A stretch of 55,650 nt of DNA from Octopus bimaculoides (lineage: Eukaryota), in the NCBI RefSeq assembly GCF_001194135.2, contig NC_068992.1, positions 10,459,514-10,515,163 of the forward strand, given 5' to 3'. How positions within the stretch are numbered: position 1 is the stretch's first letter; every line of letters starts with the position of its first letter. Shown piece by piece: positions 26,701-38,615 of the stretch. A model generated the notes under the pieces. The model had not been told where the DNA came from and did not search any database. It saw only the letters and a program-made list of their open reading frames with translations. Both the position numbers and the translations under genes were made by a program.

Positions 26701-26834
26701 ATAACAGACTGAATCCCCTTGAATAACACTCTGATGTATACATTTTATTACCTAACTTTTGGCAGGGTTCTTCCTTCCACCATCAGCCACACCCATTGAT
26801 GTTCCATTCAACCAAAGGATGGGAGGGCCAGGAA

Positions 26835-27404
26835 CAGAGCTGCCTTAAGGCATGGCACACTGGGCAGTTGCTTGGGAGCCTCATGTGTCTAGAGGCCGAA
26901 TTCTGATCTATGTATGCCATGGCATGCTGTCAGTAAATACATGCTATAAGGCCCAGAGTGTGGAGGCGCAATGGCCCAGTGGTTAGGGCAGCGGACTCGC
27001 GGTCATAGGATTGTGGTTTCGATTCCCAGACCGGGCATTGTGAGTGTTTATTGAGTGAAAACACCTAAAAGTTCCACGAGGCTCCGGCAGGGGATGGTGG
27101 TGAACCCTGCTGTACTCTTTCACCACAACTTTCTCACACTCTTACTTCCTGTTTCTGTTGTGCCTGTAATTGAAAGGGCCAGCCTTGTCACACTCTGTGT
27201 CATGCTGAATATCCTCGAGAACTACGTTAAGGGTACACGTGTCTGTGAAGTGCTCAGTCACTTGCACGTTAATTTCACGAGCAGGCTGTTCTGTTGATCG
27301 GATCAACTGGAACCCTCGACGTCATAAACGACGGAGTGCCAACAACAATAAGGCCCAGAGTACTGACTTGGCTGGGAGCTTATAATGCTGCTAAGGTGAC
27401 CCTA
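26835..27404. mobile_element. Possible hAT-like MITE hosting the SINE-D insertion
   Basis: Degenerate inverted termini CAGAGCTGCCTTAA / CTAAGGTGACCCTA; 8-nt flanks GCCAGGAA and GCCACAAG only partly match. Confidence 0.35.
26960..27347 (+). mobile_element. Full-length tRNA-derived SINE-D with 14-bp TSD
   Basis: A-box TGGCCCAGTGG (26972-82), B-box-like GGTTTCGATTCC (27015-26), (CAA)n tail; TSD ATAAGGCCCAGAGT at 26946-26959 and 27348-27361. Confidence 0.93.
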
Positions 27405-27888
27405 GCCACAAGAGTGTCTATGCTTACTATATAAGCATCTAAAATAGTAGTGCAGAGAAAGTATGGTATATGCTACCATATCATACTCGCATGCAAGTGA
27501 TGATTATGGTTTTAAATTAAAAAATAAAGAAATAAAACATAAAAAACGAGATAGCCAAGGACGGAACATTGTACATCATTGGTTTGCTTGATCAGGGTTG
27601 ATAGGAAACTAAACACAAACATCAACAACTAAAAAGAAACAATGTTATATTGTTTGTTACATATGTTTTCATGATATTGATTTTTAACATAGAAAGAAAT
27701 TCACTGAGAGTTTTTTTTTTTTGTTTTTTATAGTATATCATTGTTGTAATTTCATTTTGATGTCAGATATAATGATTAAATAAGTTTAAGGAAAATAGGG
27801 GAGGAATGTAAAATAATGTTGAGCCATTGTTGATAGGAACATGCAGTGGCGCCATAAATCTATTGGGTGTATGTGTAATATATGTATG

Positions 27889-27975
<87 letters not shown>

Positions 27976-28434
27976 GTCTATATACATATATATATATGTA
28001 TATACGTACATGTTTATATGTGTATGTTTGTAAGTATATATGTATGCATGTATGTGTGCTTTCATATATGAGTGTGTATGCTTATTTATGTGTATAAATG
28101 TATATAGATATATATGTGTGTATGTATGTGTAAATACACACACACACACACACATACACATGTTTATTCCAAGGGCGACAAGTTCAAAGGAGCTATGTCC
28201 AGCCACTTAGAATAAAGAGCTAATGATTATGGATTAAATGTTTATATGGATAAATGTGTGTGTGTGTGTGTATGATCTTTGCTATTATTTTATGTCTGCT
28301 TATACTGATCTCATGGGTTGGCTGAGACTTGTCGATGCAGTGTAGTAAGGCTGGATGCTCTTCCTGATGCCATAGGAAACAATGCAACTCTTCCAAAACC
28401 CAGGAAATATCCAGTGTGTGTGTATCTTATCTTT

Positions 28435-28650
28435 TATATTTTACTTGTTTCAGTCCTTGGATTGGGGCCATTCTGGGGCACTGCTTTGAAGGACTTTAAT
28501 TGAACGGATTGATCCCAGGACTGATTTTCTTTTAAGCCTGGTACTTATTCTATCAGTCACTTTTGCTGAATTGCTAAGTTATAGGCATGTGAACACACCA
28601 ACACTGGTTGTCAAGCAGTGGTGGTGGACAAATACTAACAAAAAGACACA
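28435..28650 (-). mobile_element. SINE-A 3' half
   Basis: Reverse-complement match to the SINE-A tail; a 5' half lies at about 29215-29350. Confidence 0.75.
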
Positions 28651-28655
28651 CACAT

Positions 28656-28702
<47 letters not shown>

Positions 28703-29694
28703 NNNNNNNNNNNNNNNNNNNNNNNNNNNNNNNNNNNNNNNNNNNNNNNNNNNNNNNNNNNNNNNNNNNNNNNNNNNNNNNNNNNNNNNNNNNNNNNNNN
28801 NNNNNNNNNNNNNNNNNNNNNNNNNNNNNNNNNNNNNNNNNNNNNNNNNNNNNNNNNNNNNNNNNNNNNNNNNNNNNNNNNNNNNNNNNNNNNNNNNNNN
28901 NNNNNNNNNNNNNNNNNNNNNNNNNNNNNNNNNNNNNNNNNNNNNNNNNNNNNNNNNNNNNNNNNNNNNNNNNNNNTTTAAAAAACAAAATTATTTGTTA
29001 AAATTTCTGGAGAAACAGATCTGAGGGGTTGGGGCTTTGTGATTCTATATATGGGATTTGGGTGTGTCTCGGGTGGGGTTGGGAGTTTGTTAATCAGTGT
29101 AGGAGTGAATGAGTGTTGATGAATAATAGCTGAAAGAAAGTAGTGAATGGTCAACACAAGATACCTGATTGGGGGTGGAGTTGGGAGATGGTGGGGTGTT
29201 ATATATATATATATGACAGGCTTCTTTCAATTTCCATCTACCAAATCCACTCAGCCCAAGTTTACAGTAGAAGATAATTGCACAAGGTGCCATGCAGTAG
29301 GACTGAACCCACAACAATGTGGTTGGAAGCAGACTTCTGACCACACAGCTACACCTGTATTTGTATATGTGCTTGCATTGGATCATAGCCAGAATTTCCA
29401 ACCATCGCTTAATGCCCAGTTTTCCGTATGTTCATTTGCTGAGCAAACTTTCCTACGGTTGAATGCTCTTCTTGTCACCAACCTTTGCCTGTTTCCAAGC
29501 AAGGTGATATTTTCTCTTGGTCGGACGTGCTTATATGGATGATTTGTAACAAAAGACACCACATGTATTACAATGATACTCACGTACAATCACCACATGT
29601 TGTTAAGAAAAAGATACATTTAAACACACACACACACACACACACACAATGGGCTTCTTTCAGTTTCAATCTAACAAATCAACATAAAAAACAC

Positions 29695-29993
29695 CATTCA
29701 AATATGGTCAATGCCAGTGCCCCCTGACTGGCTCCCATGCCAGTGGCACATAAAAAGCACTATCCAAACGTGATCGATGCCAGGCTAGCCTGACTGGTTC
29801 CTATGCCAGTGGCACATAAAAAGTTCCCACTACAGTCTCGGAGTGGTTGGCGTTAGGAAGGGCATCCAGCTGTAGAAACATTGCCCGATCAGATTGGAGC
29901 CTGGTACAGCCACTGGCTTTCCAGACCTCAGTCAAACCGTCCGACTCATGCCAGCATGGAAAATGGATGTTAAACGATGATGATGATGATAAT
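29695..29993 (+). mobile_element. SINE-B copy with (GAT)n tail
   Basis: Subunits followed by GAGTGGTTGGCGTTAGGAAGGGCATCCAGCTGTAGAAAC...GCATGGAAAATGGATGTTAAACGATGATGAT. Confidence 0.9.
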
Positions 29994-30487
29994 GAAATCC
30001 ACTTATTTTAGCTTTGCTAAAATAGGGAACACTTTTTCAGGTGCTGTGCGGTGTGACTGAACTCAGAACCACATGAGTGAGAAGCAAACTTCTTAACCAA
30101 ACAGTCATCCCTGCACTTATGTGTATGTGTGTGTGTGTGCATGTATGTGTGTTTATATATGTTTGTGTATATGTGTGTAGATGTCTATATATAAGTTTTT
30201 GTGTGTGTATGTGTGTGTAAAATTAGCTTATTTACTCTGATTTATCAAACATATACAAACTGTATGTAATGTTATTATTTCTCTTTCTGCTAATTTAAAT
30301 GTCTGTCATTGATAAAAAAAAAAAATGCAAAAAAAAAATGTGTCTGAAGTTTTGGAACTGTTCCCACCACTCTATTTTGGCAGCATTGTAACCGTTATCA
30401 CTATAATTGATATCATTTGTAATATTGCTATACAAATAACAATTAGAACTACTACTAACAACACCACCACTACTGCTACCACCATTG

Positions 30488-30532
<45 letters not shown>

Positions 30533-30651
30533 TTCTAACTTTGGTGCAATGCCACACACCACACTTACATGACCATGCTCTTGTAGGGGTGTGAGAGGCA
30601 GTCAATTGAAATTGGTCCCAATCTCTCTCTTTCTCTCATATTCTCTCTGTG

Positions 30652-30778
<127 letters not shown>

Positions 30779-31967
30779 CTATCTATCTATCTACACACAC
30801 ACACACACAGATAAATATAAGTATGTATATGTGTTTCTAAATCTGAGTACTAGACACACGATCATGTCAGATTTACCTATTTCTTCATAGATTGAAGAAA
30901 ATGATGAACAGCTTTTATCAATTTTCAACCCTTATTGGGATCTCCAGTGACCTGACCAGTCTCAGAGAAACAAGTAACCAATCCATTTACATTCACATCA
31001 GATCTAATAGCTCCTCATGCAGTTTAAATTTAACTTACATGACATTACCAGTATTTAGAATACCATGTGCATCTTTATGTATTGAAAGAGAAAACTGTGA
31101 AGAGAACTTGTGTATTGTAGCTTAAGTTTCACTCACTTCCATAGTTAGAAAGGTCACAGAGTACATATATAAAAAGCAAAAAGAATCATTTGACTGCATC
31201 GGCTTACAAGTGAAGATAATGGTAAAATTATGGAATCCAGATTAGTTAAGTTTCCTAAGTTTTCACTTTGTCAAATATTCATATTGAATAAATCTCTGAT
31301 GAAGTGAAGACCTAAAAAGCTTCCCTAATGCAAATTGCACAATTCACTCATTATCTTCTCTGAAATGCATATAAGATGATCTAATTAAAAGATTTATGAA
31401 ATGACCCTCTGGTTTTGTTGTATATTCATATATAAATATTGTGGATGTCATAAAAAATTTTATAAACTTTCAAGAGAGCATTAAATGTAAATATTGGGTT
31501 GGAAAACTCTTTTGGATAGAAAAAGTTGAAGACTTCTTCTGGGATTCTGTGAGGCCCAGAGTAATGATATGTCTCTCAGTTGGTACACTTTGATAAGGCA
31601 TCAATTGTAAAGTATCTAATTGGTGCTCCATATTTGTTAAGTATTTAATTGATGCTCCATTTCTAATGCTCATTCCACCTTTAAACAATAGCAATAAATG
31701 AGCCAGTGAAATAATCTCTAGATTGTCAGTAAAGCTGCTAAATATTGTATTTATGTCACTTTCAAATGGCATCTTACCATCTTAAATCAGAAGGGACACG
31801 TTGAATAATGTTGTCTTAGATAGACAATACTAGAAGAGAAAAACAAAAGATGGAATGGTCATGACTGAGACACTTTCAATCATAGACTTCAGTCAGAACT
31901 GACCCAGGGCTAAGTAACAAGATGTTATCAATGACTGCTAATAATAATAATAATAATAATAATAAAA

Positions 31968-32025
<58 letters not shown>

Positions 32026-32802
32026 TAATAATAGGCCATAAAGACTTATTTGATACAAAATGTACCATAAAACACAGGGATATATAATAAATGAAAGAGG
32101 GTATATACGTGTAATGCAGTATATAAAAACAGGTAAAAAATTAAGCACAGAGCACATGTTAGGGCAATCCATCCAAACAAGGGTGAGAAGCTGCCACTCA
32201 TGTAGCATTATGGCACCCAGCTCTCCAGACACTTCCACTTCACTCCACTCTGATCCACTTCTGCAAACTGGATTCTTTGAATCTGTGAATGTCATCTACA
32301 TGGGTTGATTAGCTCCCCATTAGACTTTGATAGTATATCAATCTGGTTTTCACTAACAGGCTGTCGTTTTGAAGGCCTGACTGTACACATATCCCAACAC
32401 TTCGTCAGCTAGTACAGTATTTGTTTTGTTCTCTGTCTGGTCATTCAACAGACCCATAGTGTTTCTGTTTTATTGTTAGGTAATTATGGAAGTGAGGCAA
32501 GTTGACCATCCCATAGTGGGGCAAGACTTCTATTAACAGACTATTTTCAGAATAGGCTGCTATTTTTTTTTTTGCTCTGCTTCGTCTTTCCCTTCCTACT
32601 GCCCCCAACAATTTCCACCTTCCTCCAGGATCCATCTCCTTCTAAATATGACTAGACAGTGGAGTGGAACTGCTATTTGGAATCTCCAGCTGGCTTTGTT
32701 TTGGATGAGAACATCTTGGTTTCTTCTTTGTGTTCTACATCACTGGCCCCTGGTGCTGGTAGTACTGAGGACATGGTGATTGCATTCATCTTCTTATTTC
32801 CC

Positions 32803-33195
32803 TTTTAGAATGAGATTTGAGAAAGATTTGATTGTTATTTCTAAGAGCCCAAGCAGTCATGTAGGACATCCTTTGATTGCTACCTGCAGCAGACTCTATC
32901 ATATCTAATTCAGTGTTTCCTTTTAGAATGTGCTTTGAGAAAAATTAAGCTCTTATTTCTAGCTAACCAAGAAATGATGTAATGATATCCATGTTTAATG
33001 ATTGTAGTGGATCCTTCCTTATATAATTCATCATGCTCATTTAGAATGTGATTTGAGAAAGATTTAGCTGCTATTTCTAGGAAACAAAGAAATGCTGGAG
33101 TGGCCCTCTCATTTGTTGCTCACATTGGATTCTGTCTTATCTGATTCATCATTCCCTTTCAGAATGTGAATTGGAAAGATTTGGCTGTTACAGCT
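32803..33195. repeat. Diverged tandem array with exact 118-bp period (about 3.3 units)
   Basis: Conserved block TT(T/C)AGAATGTGATTTGAGAAAGATTT.GCTG.TATTTCTAG, with its AG at 32807, 32925, 33043 and 33161. Confidence 0.85.
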
Positions 33196-33404
33196 TGTAT
33201 CTCTAACAACCCTCAATGAACTCTCTCTACTGCCTTAAGTGGTTCACAAATACATACAAATACACCACACTTAGAGCTAGGTAGATTTGGGTTTTTGAGA
33301 GTCAATTGTATTGGCCATGGATACAATGTTGTACTACTGACAGGATACAAATATCCAACTTCTCCATTCATTGTCCAGTGTGTTATATGAAATCAAACAT
33401 CTAT

Positions 33405-34290
33405 GCTCTTTTTTTCTTTTATTCTTTTACTGGTTTCAGTAATTGGACTGCGGCCATGCTGCAGCACCACCGTCAAGGGTTTTAGTCAATCATATCGACC
33501 TCACCACTTTCTCTGGTATTTATTTTATCATCCTTGGAGGAGGAGGAAAGACAAAGTCCATCCAAGCATAAAGGGCCGTACCCACTCCATAAAGGGATGT
33601 AACCAGAATATGAAGGGATATAACAAGAATATAAAGGGATATAACCAGAATATAAAGGGATGTAACCAAATACCACAAGGTATTTTTCTTCGACGCTCTA
33701 TTACTGATTCTTCATCCCTCACCGATATACATGTATTCATCCTCCATCCATCCATACCATACATACACACACACGCACATATATATAAATGTGTATTTGT
33801 GTGTGTATATATTTATATAAACATATATGTGTTTGTGTATATAGATGTATATTTGTATATATGTGTATAGATATGTTAATATATATACATGCACATGCAT
33901 GTATGTATATGTAAGTGTCTATATATGTGTGTCTATATATTTATATATCTATGTTATAGCAATATATTTATATATATATATATATACACACACTATCTGT
34001 CTATCTACATATATGTGTGTGTGTGTTTATGCATATATAAAAACATGCAGACATGTATACATACATGTGTGTGTGTGTGTGAGTGCGTGTTCACGTGTGC
34101 TTGTGTGTGTGTGTGTATGTGTATGCATACATACTAATGGGTTAAGCTTCTGAACAGTTTCTATTTACCAAATTTTTATCCAGACAGCTTTGGCCAATGC
34201 GAGACATGGTAGAAGACACTGGCCTAATGCACGCCACTTACTGATATTGAACACAGAAGCACGTTTCCAAACAGAACTCTTAAACCATAT
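33405..34290 (-). mobile_element. SINE-A fragments (3' part 33405-33520, 5' part about 34140-34290) separated by mini- and microsatellites
   Basis: Reverse-complement similarity to SINE-A at both ends. Confidence 0.55.
33568..33672. repeat. 21-bp minisatellite, 5 units
   Basis: Consensus ATAAAGGGAT(G/A)TAACCAGAAT; units start at 33568, 33589, 33610, 33631 and 33652. Confidence 0.92.
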
Positions 34291-34668
34291 GGCCATGAAA
34301 AAATTTTTTTTTTCCTTTATTTCTTATTTATTTTTTTTTATTGTAATCTCTGTCTTGCTTGTGTATTGATTGGTTGAAATAGTTCACACTTCTCATTCCT
34401 TTCACTTGCAATGTCTTCCTGTTCTGACATTTAAAAACAAAAGAAGCTGTTTTTACTCACACTACACTTCAAAAATAGCTGAATTCAAAACTGCACTCAA
34501 AATTAATGATGATAATAATAATAGCAATAATAATACTAATACTACTACTAATAATAATTTGTTTATTTATTTTTTAATACTTTGTGTTACTAATTACATG
34601 TGTATACATAAATGTTCTAATTTTAATCTTCTTTTGCATATTTTTTTCTTTTTCCTTTCAATCTCCAG

Positions 34669-34895
34669 CATTTACGAAAGATACAATTTGTGTTGGCCTC
34701 ACCAAAGTTGGATCTGACGAACAGAAAATCCTTGTGGCACCATTAGAGCGGTTAGCAGAAACAGATATGGGCCCACCACTCCATTCCCTTGTGATTCCTG
34801 GCAATATGCACCCTATGGAAATCGCCATGTTGAGAAGTTTTGTTTTAGATTCTACAACTGAATCCAAATTGCAAGAAATGGAAACATTTTGCTAA
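34669..34895 (+). CDS. DPH5: Terminal coding exon of diphthine methyl ester synthase (DPH5); partial gene, phase-1 acceptor
   Basis: Long polypyrimidine tract ending ...ctttcaatctccAG (34667-68), then (A)FTKDTICVGLTKVGSDEQKILVAPLERLAETDMGPPLHSLVIPGNMHPMEIAMLRSFVLDSTTESKLQEMETFC*. This matches the recalled DPH5 C-terminus (human AVTEETLCVGLARVGADDQKI...DLGEPLHSLII...HPMEMEML). Open to TAA at 34893-34895. Confidence 0.93.
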
Positions 34896-34965
34896 AGAAA
34901 CGGAATCAGTGACAACCTACCTACCACTTTGCTTTCTTTCATTGTTTATGTTTGTTTCATTATGA

Positions 34966-34971
34966 AATAAA
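34966..34971 (+). promoter_or_regulatory. Putative polyadenylation signal of DPH5
   Basis: AATAAA about 70 nt after the DPH5 stop codon. Confidence 0.6.
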
Positions 34972-35038
34972 TATCTATGACATATACTGCATTATAATTT
35001 CTAAATTTATACTTTTAAATATATATATATATATATAT

Positions 35039-35071
<33 letters not shown>

Positions 35072-35485
35072 NNNNNNNNNNNNNNNNNNNNNNNNNNNNN
35101 NNNNNNNNNNNNNNNNNNNNNNNNNNNNNNNNNNNNNNNNNNNNNNNNNNNNNNNNNNNNNNNNNNNNNNNNNNNNNNNNNNNNNNNNNNNNNNNNNNNN
35201 NNNNNNNNNNNNNNNATAAATATATATATTGTATATAAAGGGCTGCCTATATATATATGTAGACAACCATTTTTTTTTTTATTCATAAGGAGTAGAAAAA
35301 GAAGGGGAGCACCCACGACCTTTGCAGACCCTCTAAGATTGGTGAAATTGATGTTATTAACCATTAATGTTTTCTGCTTCAGCATCTATAAGACAGAATG
35401 TAAGGGTGAGGGAATTCAGTGAAATAAGATTTTGAGGAAAGAACTGCTTAGTGAAGTGTCAGTATGTGAGACAAGAAGGAGAAAG

Positions 35486-35546
<61 letters not shown>

Positions 35547-36362
35547 GCAGACTGATCTGTACGTGATATGCAACTTAAAAAATAAAGTCTTCAATGGTAC
35601 CATATGATCTCATAGATTAAAGAGTACGATGCTCACTACATATTAAGCTGGTACTTGGAACTCAAAAAATGGTTCAGACTTAAAGTTATGATGGTGCTTT
35701 TATTTATCTATTAATACCCTTGTTTTGTCAATCTTGTAATGACATCATTTTGGTCAATGATTTAATTTAAATCCAGGCAGGTTGGTAACGAGCAGCCAGA
35801 GGCTAACATGGGTGGGTCAATAGTAAAATCGCTAAACTACATATAAACATATATATTTATATGTGTGTGTGTATGTGAATAGGTAATATTGAAATAAAAG
35901 TGTATATGAATATACATAAGGAAGTTATAATACAAAAGAAAATGAATAGGATATGACATGCCTAATTGTCCCCTGTCTCTTGGTGATTAATTTAAATATT
36001 CAATTTAACTTAATAAAATAATTATTAATCAATTAATTAATCGTAATTAATTATGGTTGCCTGGTTTATTTGACATTTCTTACTGGCATTGTCTTCATAT
36101 TTTGTCTTTTAAAAAAATGGCCTTTTCTCTACCAAGCCACAGTAAAATGAAAGCTCAAGTAAATTCAAAGACCTAGTCTTAAGCAATGTGGCATCGTTTA
36201 TGATGAAATAAATCAATTGATTGATTACAACTAATTAATGATTATCACGGTTTCATCAATGATTATTATGCTTGTATGTATATGTGAAGTGGAAATATAA
36301 TCTTTTAGCAAACTAAATTCTTAATACAGTTAAGATTTCTTGGCTGAAGCTATTTCTCTTAC

Positions 36363-36659
36363 ATAGATGATGTTCTGGGAGTAATGACAGGAATGCCACA
36401 TATGCAAAATCCTTCTTCAATAAATGGTAACCTGTGGCCTAAGGAAGAAATCCTAAACAATTCAAGAACAGAATAGTGAACCCAATAAATCAATTCTTCG
36501 TTGCCAAAGTTATCATTTATGGTATTGCTCTGCCCGCTAGGTTTACATCGAAGCCAAATCATAATAAAACCATATCCTTGGGTTATTGATATTAGATAAT
36601 GTAGTCCCCACCTAATAGAAAATGGGATGGGCATTGGTGGATTGTCATTGATTATGAGT
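36363..36659 (-). other. Candidate 297-nt frame-preserving exon (no recognised product)
   Basis: Minus-strand acceptor TTTTCTTTTTTTTTTGTCAG, donor AT|GTAAGA, open phase-2/phase-2 frame; no recognisable homology. Confidence 0.22.
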
Positions 36660-38274
36660 CTGACAAAAAAAAAAGAAAAGGAAATATTTGAAACAGTGAA
36701 GGCAAAGTAACAAGAACAGTCAAATACTAAAAGATAATGAAATTTTACTTCTATATTGACAAAAAAGCGTATGCATGCACATGCATATACACACATATGA
36801 CAATATATAATTAAATATGCACCCCGCCACACACGCATGTATGTGTATACATATATATGGATGTAAATACACACAGACACACTCACATAAACACACACAC
36901 AAACACACACATATTTATATAATGTTATATAATATTACACACACACACATAGTATAGCTTAATGCTTATGAAGTTTGCTTTGCAATCATGATTTGTCACT
37001 TTATTTTTTGATTCTGAATTCAAATAGGGAATGACATTACTTTTCCTTCCAGTGTCAGTAAAATAATTACCAGTTATATACTGTGGTTGATTCAAACATG
37101 TACACCTGTAACCTTTATATATTTGTATCCTTATGTCAGTGTTGAATATTTTATCCTGTAGAAGACTGTTTGCTATAATATAGAGAAATACAGGTTACAT
37201 TGTGATTGATAAAAAATGTGAGAAGGAATAAATGAAACAAAATTGTGAGGTCTCAAAAGCCTCTTTAAATGTCTCTTTAAATATGTATCTGCTTGCTATT
37301 GAACAATACACTCTTCAATTATCTCTCCAAGTCCCATGTTGACTTGTATTAGCTTTGTTCTGAAGAACAGAGACAATAAGTGTCCTAAGGTGGATATTAA
37401 AACCAAATCTGCCTATTGATGAATAATGGATACCAGATGAATCTTTAAGGCTTGAACAAAGATATGTGAATATAATATGGAAGATATAGAAAAATCTATG
37501 AATTAAATTAATCGGTCAAATTCCTGAGGTTCTCATATCATGGCTTTGAGCAGTTGATGTTAAGAATTGTCATTGTCTACATTTTTAGTCTCAGAATTGT
37601 AGGAGATCTTTGCAAAGTATGACATTTCTAAAGCTATAACATTTAATGAATTATTCTTTAAGAAAAAAACAAAAATAGCTCAGTTATTTCTGATTCTATT
37701 ACTTTGTTTTTTAAAGTTTTTGGTCCAATTTCTTTGATTATGGTGCTATGTTACTGGTTACTTCCATTGACACAAGGTGACAGATTTGTAATGGAACCTT
37801 GAGTCAATGGGCCATTGATTCAATAGAATGAATGGCCCACAATATTTCTGCTAAACATTTATTTTATTAACTCAAGATGTATAAAAAAACAATGTTTAGT
37901 CAATCATGGCATGATTCAAATTCATAATATAAGGAGTGGTGGGGAAAAGCTAACTTTTATCCATCATGTCGAAAAATAAATCACTGAGGTTAATTATTCA
38001 AATAAGATCAAAATGTGCCTGGAGTTGTCTCCCATACTCGTTGAAATGCTTAAAAAAATTTAAGTTATTGAGGTAATATTGCCTTTTTCTCACTGCATAG
38101 ATATTTCTAATTAGATTTTTGAATCTCAAAATAATAATTATGTTAATTAATATTAGCTTAATTATTTTATTTACTTTGGCAAATTGCCATTTCTAGAATC
38201 TCATTAATAACAAGGATTTCTCACATCAAATAATGTCTTATACCAACTTGTTAATAATGAACAAATCTAAAAAG

Positions 38275-38615
38275 GGCACAAGGCCAAAACTTTTGGTGAA
38301 GAGTTTAGCAGATGAATCCCAGTATATAACTGGTACTTCAATTTATTGATCATGAAAAGCAAAGTTGATCTCAGTGGGTTTCAAATTCAGATTATAAAGG
38401 AGACATAATTAAATACCACCAAGCATTTTGTCCAACAATGAAACGACTGAGCCAAATAATAATTTCTTACATAGATACAAGGGCCCAACATTTTTGGGGA
38501 AAAACACAGTTGATTGTTTTAATGCTAGTACTTCACTGGTGCTATATTTTATTGACTTCATGATAATGAATGGTCATGTTGACCATTATAAGATTTGAAC
38601 TCAGAATGTCACAGC
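38275..38615 (-). mobile_element. Two adjacent diverged SINE-C copies
   Basis: CCCAGTATATAACTGGTACTT...AAAGCAAAGTTGATCTC and a second copy ending GATTTGAACTCAGAATGT. Confidence 0.6.

Noticed and set aside
26960-27035. tRNA gene (also considered at 40287 and 17791)
   Set aside because: Pol III A/B boxes are present, but the sequence continues into SINE bodies with tails and a TSD; these are tRNA-derived SINE heads.
30891-30950. Possible terminal exon IEENDEQLLSIFNPYWDLQ* after ttcttcatAG
   Set aside because: No recognisable homology, the phase is incompatible with the DPH5 intron, and there is no supporting partner exon.
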